Source: a virus
Taxonomy: Duplodnaviria; Caudoviricetes
IMG/VR virus record: IMGVR_UViG_3300032069_000017
Coordinates: 1-51,251 of that record
Length of the DNA: 51,251 nucleotides
Strand: one strand, 5' to 3'
The notes under the pieces were generated by a model. That model was not told the DNA's origin. It was given only the letters and a program-made list of their open reading frames with translations, and made no database searches. The translations under genes were made by a program, and so were the position numbers. Positions within the stretch are counted from its first letter, which is position 1; the number at the start of each line of letters is the position of its first letter. Below are positions 48,799 through 51,251 of this stretch, one piece after another.

Positions 48799-49413
48799 AT
48801 GAGCTATTGTCTTAAGGATGCAGTCAAAGATAGAATGTTAATAGCAACAGCAGACACTAGTTATGATACTGCTTTAGATACAGCAATAACAGAAGCTAGT
48901 AGGTTAGTAGATATATTCCTTAAGCCTTATACTACTGTACCATTAACTAGTCCATATCCAGACCAAATATCAGCAATAACAGCAGACTTTAGTGCTAGTA
49001 TATTTAGACGCAGAATGATGCCTGATGATGTTAAAGTTAGAGGCACTTTACGACCAGACCAGATGGGTGAAATGGATGCTGTTGGTTGGTTTGCTCAAGG
49101 AATAAAGAAGATAGAAGAATATATTAAGTCATACTATACTTTACAAGTAACAGTAATAGGAAATATTGTACATAATCCAGATATATATATTACGTTATTT
49201 GAGAAAGGGATTATTACCGCTAAAGAAGCAAGAACCTTTCTCAGTACCGACTTTGCTATAGCCAATAAAAGGGTAGACGATATAACAAAGACGGAGACAA
49301 TAACGACTACACAAACTACGCATATAATTGAAGACGAATACCGTACTAAGAAACAAAAATCATTTGCTTTTATTCAATCAGACGAAGATGGTGGATATGA
49401 ACAGCAAACATAA
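48799..49413 (+). CDS. Head-tail adaptor (HK97 gp6/SPP1 gp15-like)
   Basis: MSYC…YDTALDTAITEASRLVDIFL. Confidence 0.7.
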   Translation: MSYCLKDAVKDRMLIATADTSYDTALDTAITEASRLVDIFLKPYTTVPLTSPYPDQISAITADFSASIFRRRMMPDDVKVRGTLRPDQMGEMDAVGWFAQGIKKIEEYIKSYYTLQVTVIGNIVHNPDIYITLFEKGIITAKEARTFLSTDFAIANKRVDDITKTETITTTQTTHIIEDEYRTKKQKSFAFIQSDEDGGYEQQT

Positions 49414-49621
49414 AGAAGAAGTATATGAGGATTGTCCAGTAGAAATATACGACTTAGCTACAACTAAGTGGGAGAAGAGTGTAGCATTAGGATTCTTAGA
49501 TGTACATAAGAAACTTAGTGATTTAGAGAAAGATATACAATGGCTTCAGTGGATGGTTAAAGGAATCTTTACGTGTACTATGATAGCAGTGGTTGCAGAC
49601 TTAATACTAAAGTTTATCTAG
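49397..49621 (+). CDS. Coiled-coil plus C-terminal TM protein (XhlA-like)
   Basis: LSDLEKDIQWLQW followed by a TM helix; likely start is ATG 49397. Confidence 0.45.
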   Translation: MNSKHKEEVYEDCPVEIYDLATTKWEKSVALGFLDVHKKLSDLEKDIQWLQWMVKGIFTCTMIAVVADLILKFI

Positions 49622-49656
49622 TTTCATAGTCATATATATGATAGGAGTAAATAAGT

Positions 49657-50208
49657 ATGAAAGAAAGGTTTAAGTTGCTTGATGAGATAAGAGTAGTACA
49701 TAAAGATGGGAACGGCAAAGTGCTTAGCGATAGGATTGTTAATGCTGGTCTCTGGAATAGACTGTTATGTAAACTGGGTTTAAAACATAATAGTATGACT
49801 AATATTGGTTTTGCTCAGACTGCTGCATGGATTCTACATGATATTGATGCTGACCACGTTACTTACGCTAACTGTGATTGGCTTGGTATTGGAACTGGAA
49901 CTGTTGCTGCTAGCCCAACTGATATTGGATTAGGAACTCAAGTAAGTAGGTTAGCTGGTGTTGGTACAAGGGTAACTACAACAGTAACAAATGATACTAG
50001 TCAATTGGTTGTAACCTTTAGTAAAGCAAATGATGCTGGTTTAGTTGGTACAATGGCTATTACTGAAGTTGGAATGTTCTGGGCTACTGGTACAGGAACT
50101 GGTGTAATGTTGCTTAGACAAGTATATACACCGGCTGATAACTGCAACTGGGATGCTGGTGATACCTTAGCCGTAACCGTTAAGGTTCAAGTAAAACAGG
50201 GCGCATAA
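49657..50208 (+). CDS. Tail-fibre anchor-like virion protein
   Basis: HNSMTNIG…LGIGTG…PTDIGL…ITEVGMF. Confidence 0.6.
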   Translation: MKERFKLLDEIRVVHKDGNGKVLSDRIVNAGLWNRLLCKLGLKHNSMTNIGFAQTAAWILHDIDADHVTYANCDWLGIGTGTVAASPTDIGLGTQVSRLAGVGTRVTTTVTNDTSQLVVTFSKANDAGLVGTMAITEVGMFWATGTGTGVMLLRQVYTPADNCNWDAGDTLAVTVKVQVKQGA

Positions 50209-50263
50209 ACTTCTCCCTTCATTATATTTTTAGAAGGAAATCTTAGTAAAAAGGTAGATAAAT

Positions 50264-51251
50264 ATGGTTGATGAAATAAGAACTATTCCACCTAAATTAA
50301 CAAAGACCGAATGGAATGCTTTACTAGAACATAGTTTAGAAAAGGGTGCTAGTTATATTATTTATAAAGATGGGTCTGGTAATACTCGGGCTTTAAACTG
50401 TTCTACCGGTAAAATAGATTCTATTAATACTGATAGTAAAACAGTAATTCAATATGCAATAGACGCTTTAACAAACGGAACAATATTGGTTAAAAAAGCC
50501 ACTTATTCATTATCAGTAGGCTTACCCGTTCTCGCTAAAGAAATAGAAATCGTCTGTGAACCGGGAACAGTTTTTCAAGCAACAGCAGCAATAAACATGA
50601 TTACGTTTGATAGGGTTACCCACGTGGTTGCGGGCATAAAAAATGCGACATTAGACTTAAACAACACTGCTTCAACTGGTTTACTTTTGCTGGATAGTTG
50701 GCACACGATTAATGATGGTTTAAAAATAATCAACGTGGGAACCAATGGTGTTGGAGTAAAAATTTATTCAACAAACAACAGTTACCTTTGCCTATCCAAT
50801 TATGTTCGCTGCAGACAAATAAAAGCTTACAGTGCACAAATAGCGGGAAGCATTGGTGTCTTAATTGATTCAGCAGGCGGAATAGCAGCGGGAACAAACA
50901 ACGTTGTGGATGTTGGGTATTTAGGAGCACCATCTGTCGAAACTGGCATTAAAAATGTTGTTGGTGGCTCATCTGTTTTTCATGGAATAGTTGAAGGTTG
51001 TAAGATTGGAGCAGACATTTCTGGAACGGCAACTCTGTTTCTCCACGAAGAAGCCAACACAACATACGGAATAATCGTTAGGACAGGAGCAAAAGTTAAA
51101 GGAATCCTTCGCTATGCTGAAAACATCACTACCGAAGGAACAGGCAAATACATACTCATCACTGACAACCGTATCTTTTTAGGTTCAGCATCTCCAGAAG
51201 ACACACCTGACATCTTTTTTAACGTTGGGGGAAGTCACACAATGACTATGG
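50264..51251 (+). CDS. Tail spike/receptor-binding protein copy B (5' part; 410 aa with 128-372)
   Basis: ATG 50264, MVDEIRTIPPKL…IQYAIDALTNGTILVKKATY, then the shared core. Confidence 0.85.
   Translation, partial: MVDEIRTIPPKLTKTEWNALLEHSLEKGASYIIYKDGSGNTRALNCSTGKIDSINTDSKTVIQYAIDALTNGTILVKKATYSLSVGLPVLAKEIEIVCEPGTVFQATAAINMITFDRVTHVVAGIKNATLDLNNTASTGLLLLDSWHTINDGLKIINVGTNGVGVKIYSTNNSYLCLSNYVRCRQIKAYSAQIAGSIGVLIDSAGGIAAGTNNVVDVGYLGAPSVETGIKNVVGGSSVFHGIVEGCKIGADISGTATLFLHEEANTTYGIIVRTGAKVKGILRYAENITTEGTGKYILITDNRIFLGSASPEDTPDIFFNVGGSHTMTM
50580..51251 (+). repeat. 672-bp identical core of the shared spike gene, copy B
   Basis: Matches 9566-10237. Confidence 0.93.
51125..51251. repeat. Terminal direct repeat (circularity overlap), copy 2
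   Basis: Identical to 1-127. Confidence 0.95.

Larger units (their letters stand above)
10483..50263 (+). mobile_element. Unit L: 41,014-bp archaeal head-tailed virus (Caudoviricetes-type) genome (unique part)
   Basis: TerL, portal, protease, HK97-like MCP, tail genes, PolB and RadA. All credible genes are on the + strand. Confidence 0.9.

Noticed and set aside
11463-50933. Minus-strand ORFs in unit L (e.g. 28243, 33363, 36473, 43509, 50730)
   Set aside because: Antisense shadows of well-supported plus-strand genes.

Overview
The window is a circular contig: positions 1-127 are repeated exactly at 51125-51251, so the unit length is 51,124 bp. It is archaeal head-tailed virus DNA, judged from GGTGA-type ribosome-binding sites, TATA-box promoters, RadA, a short XPF nuclease, family-B DNA polymerase and a bulge-helix-bulge (BHB) intron. 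It consists of two compositionally different units joined at two direct copies of one tail spike/receptor-binding gene, whose 672-bp cores appear identical (9566-10237 = 50580-51251). Unit L (41,014 bp, about 10483-50263) is a near-complete virus. It has a terminase large subunit, portal, protease-scaffold, HK97-type capsid, adaptor, a very short tail module, PolB/RadA/XPF/Cas4-like genes and a nucleotide-modification cluster. Unit S (10,110 bp, about 373-9264 plus the shared gene) encodes a second, homologous tail module and a TerS-like protein, with no recognisable capsid, portal, TerL, integrase or replicase. The best reading is a tail-forming satellite that was co-assembled or cointegrated with its helper virus. 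Other highlights are a BHB mRNA intron carrying an HNH gene inside the capsid gene, a thymidylate-synthase homologue with the cytosine-specific Asp, several genes that appear to start at ATA or ACG, a candidate UUU_CGG +1 frameshift, and an orphan structured ncRNA. All protein calls come from motif recognition by eye; no database search was run.
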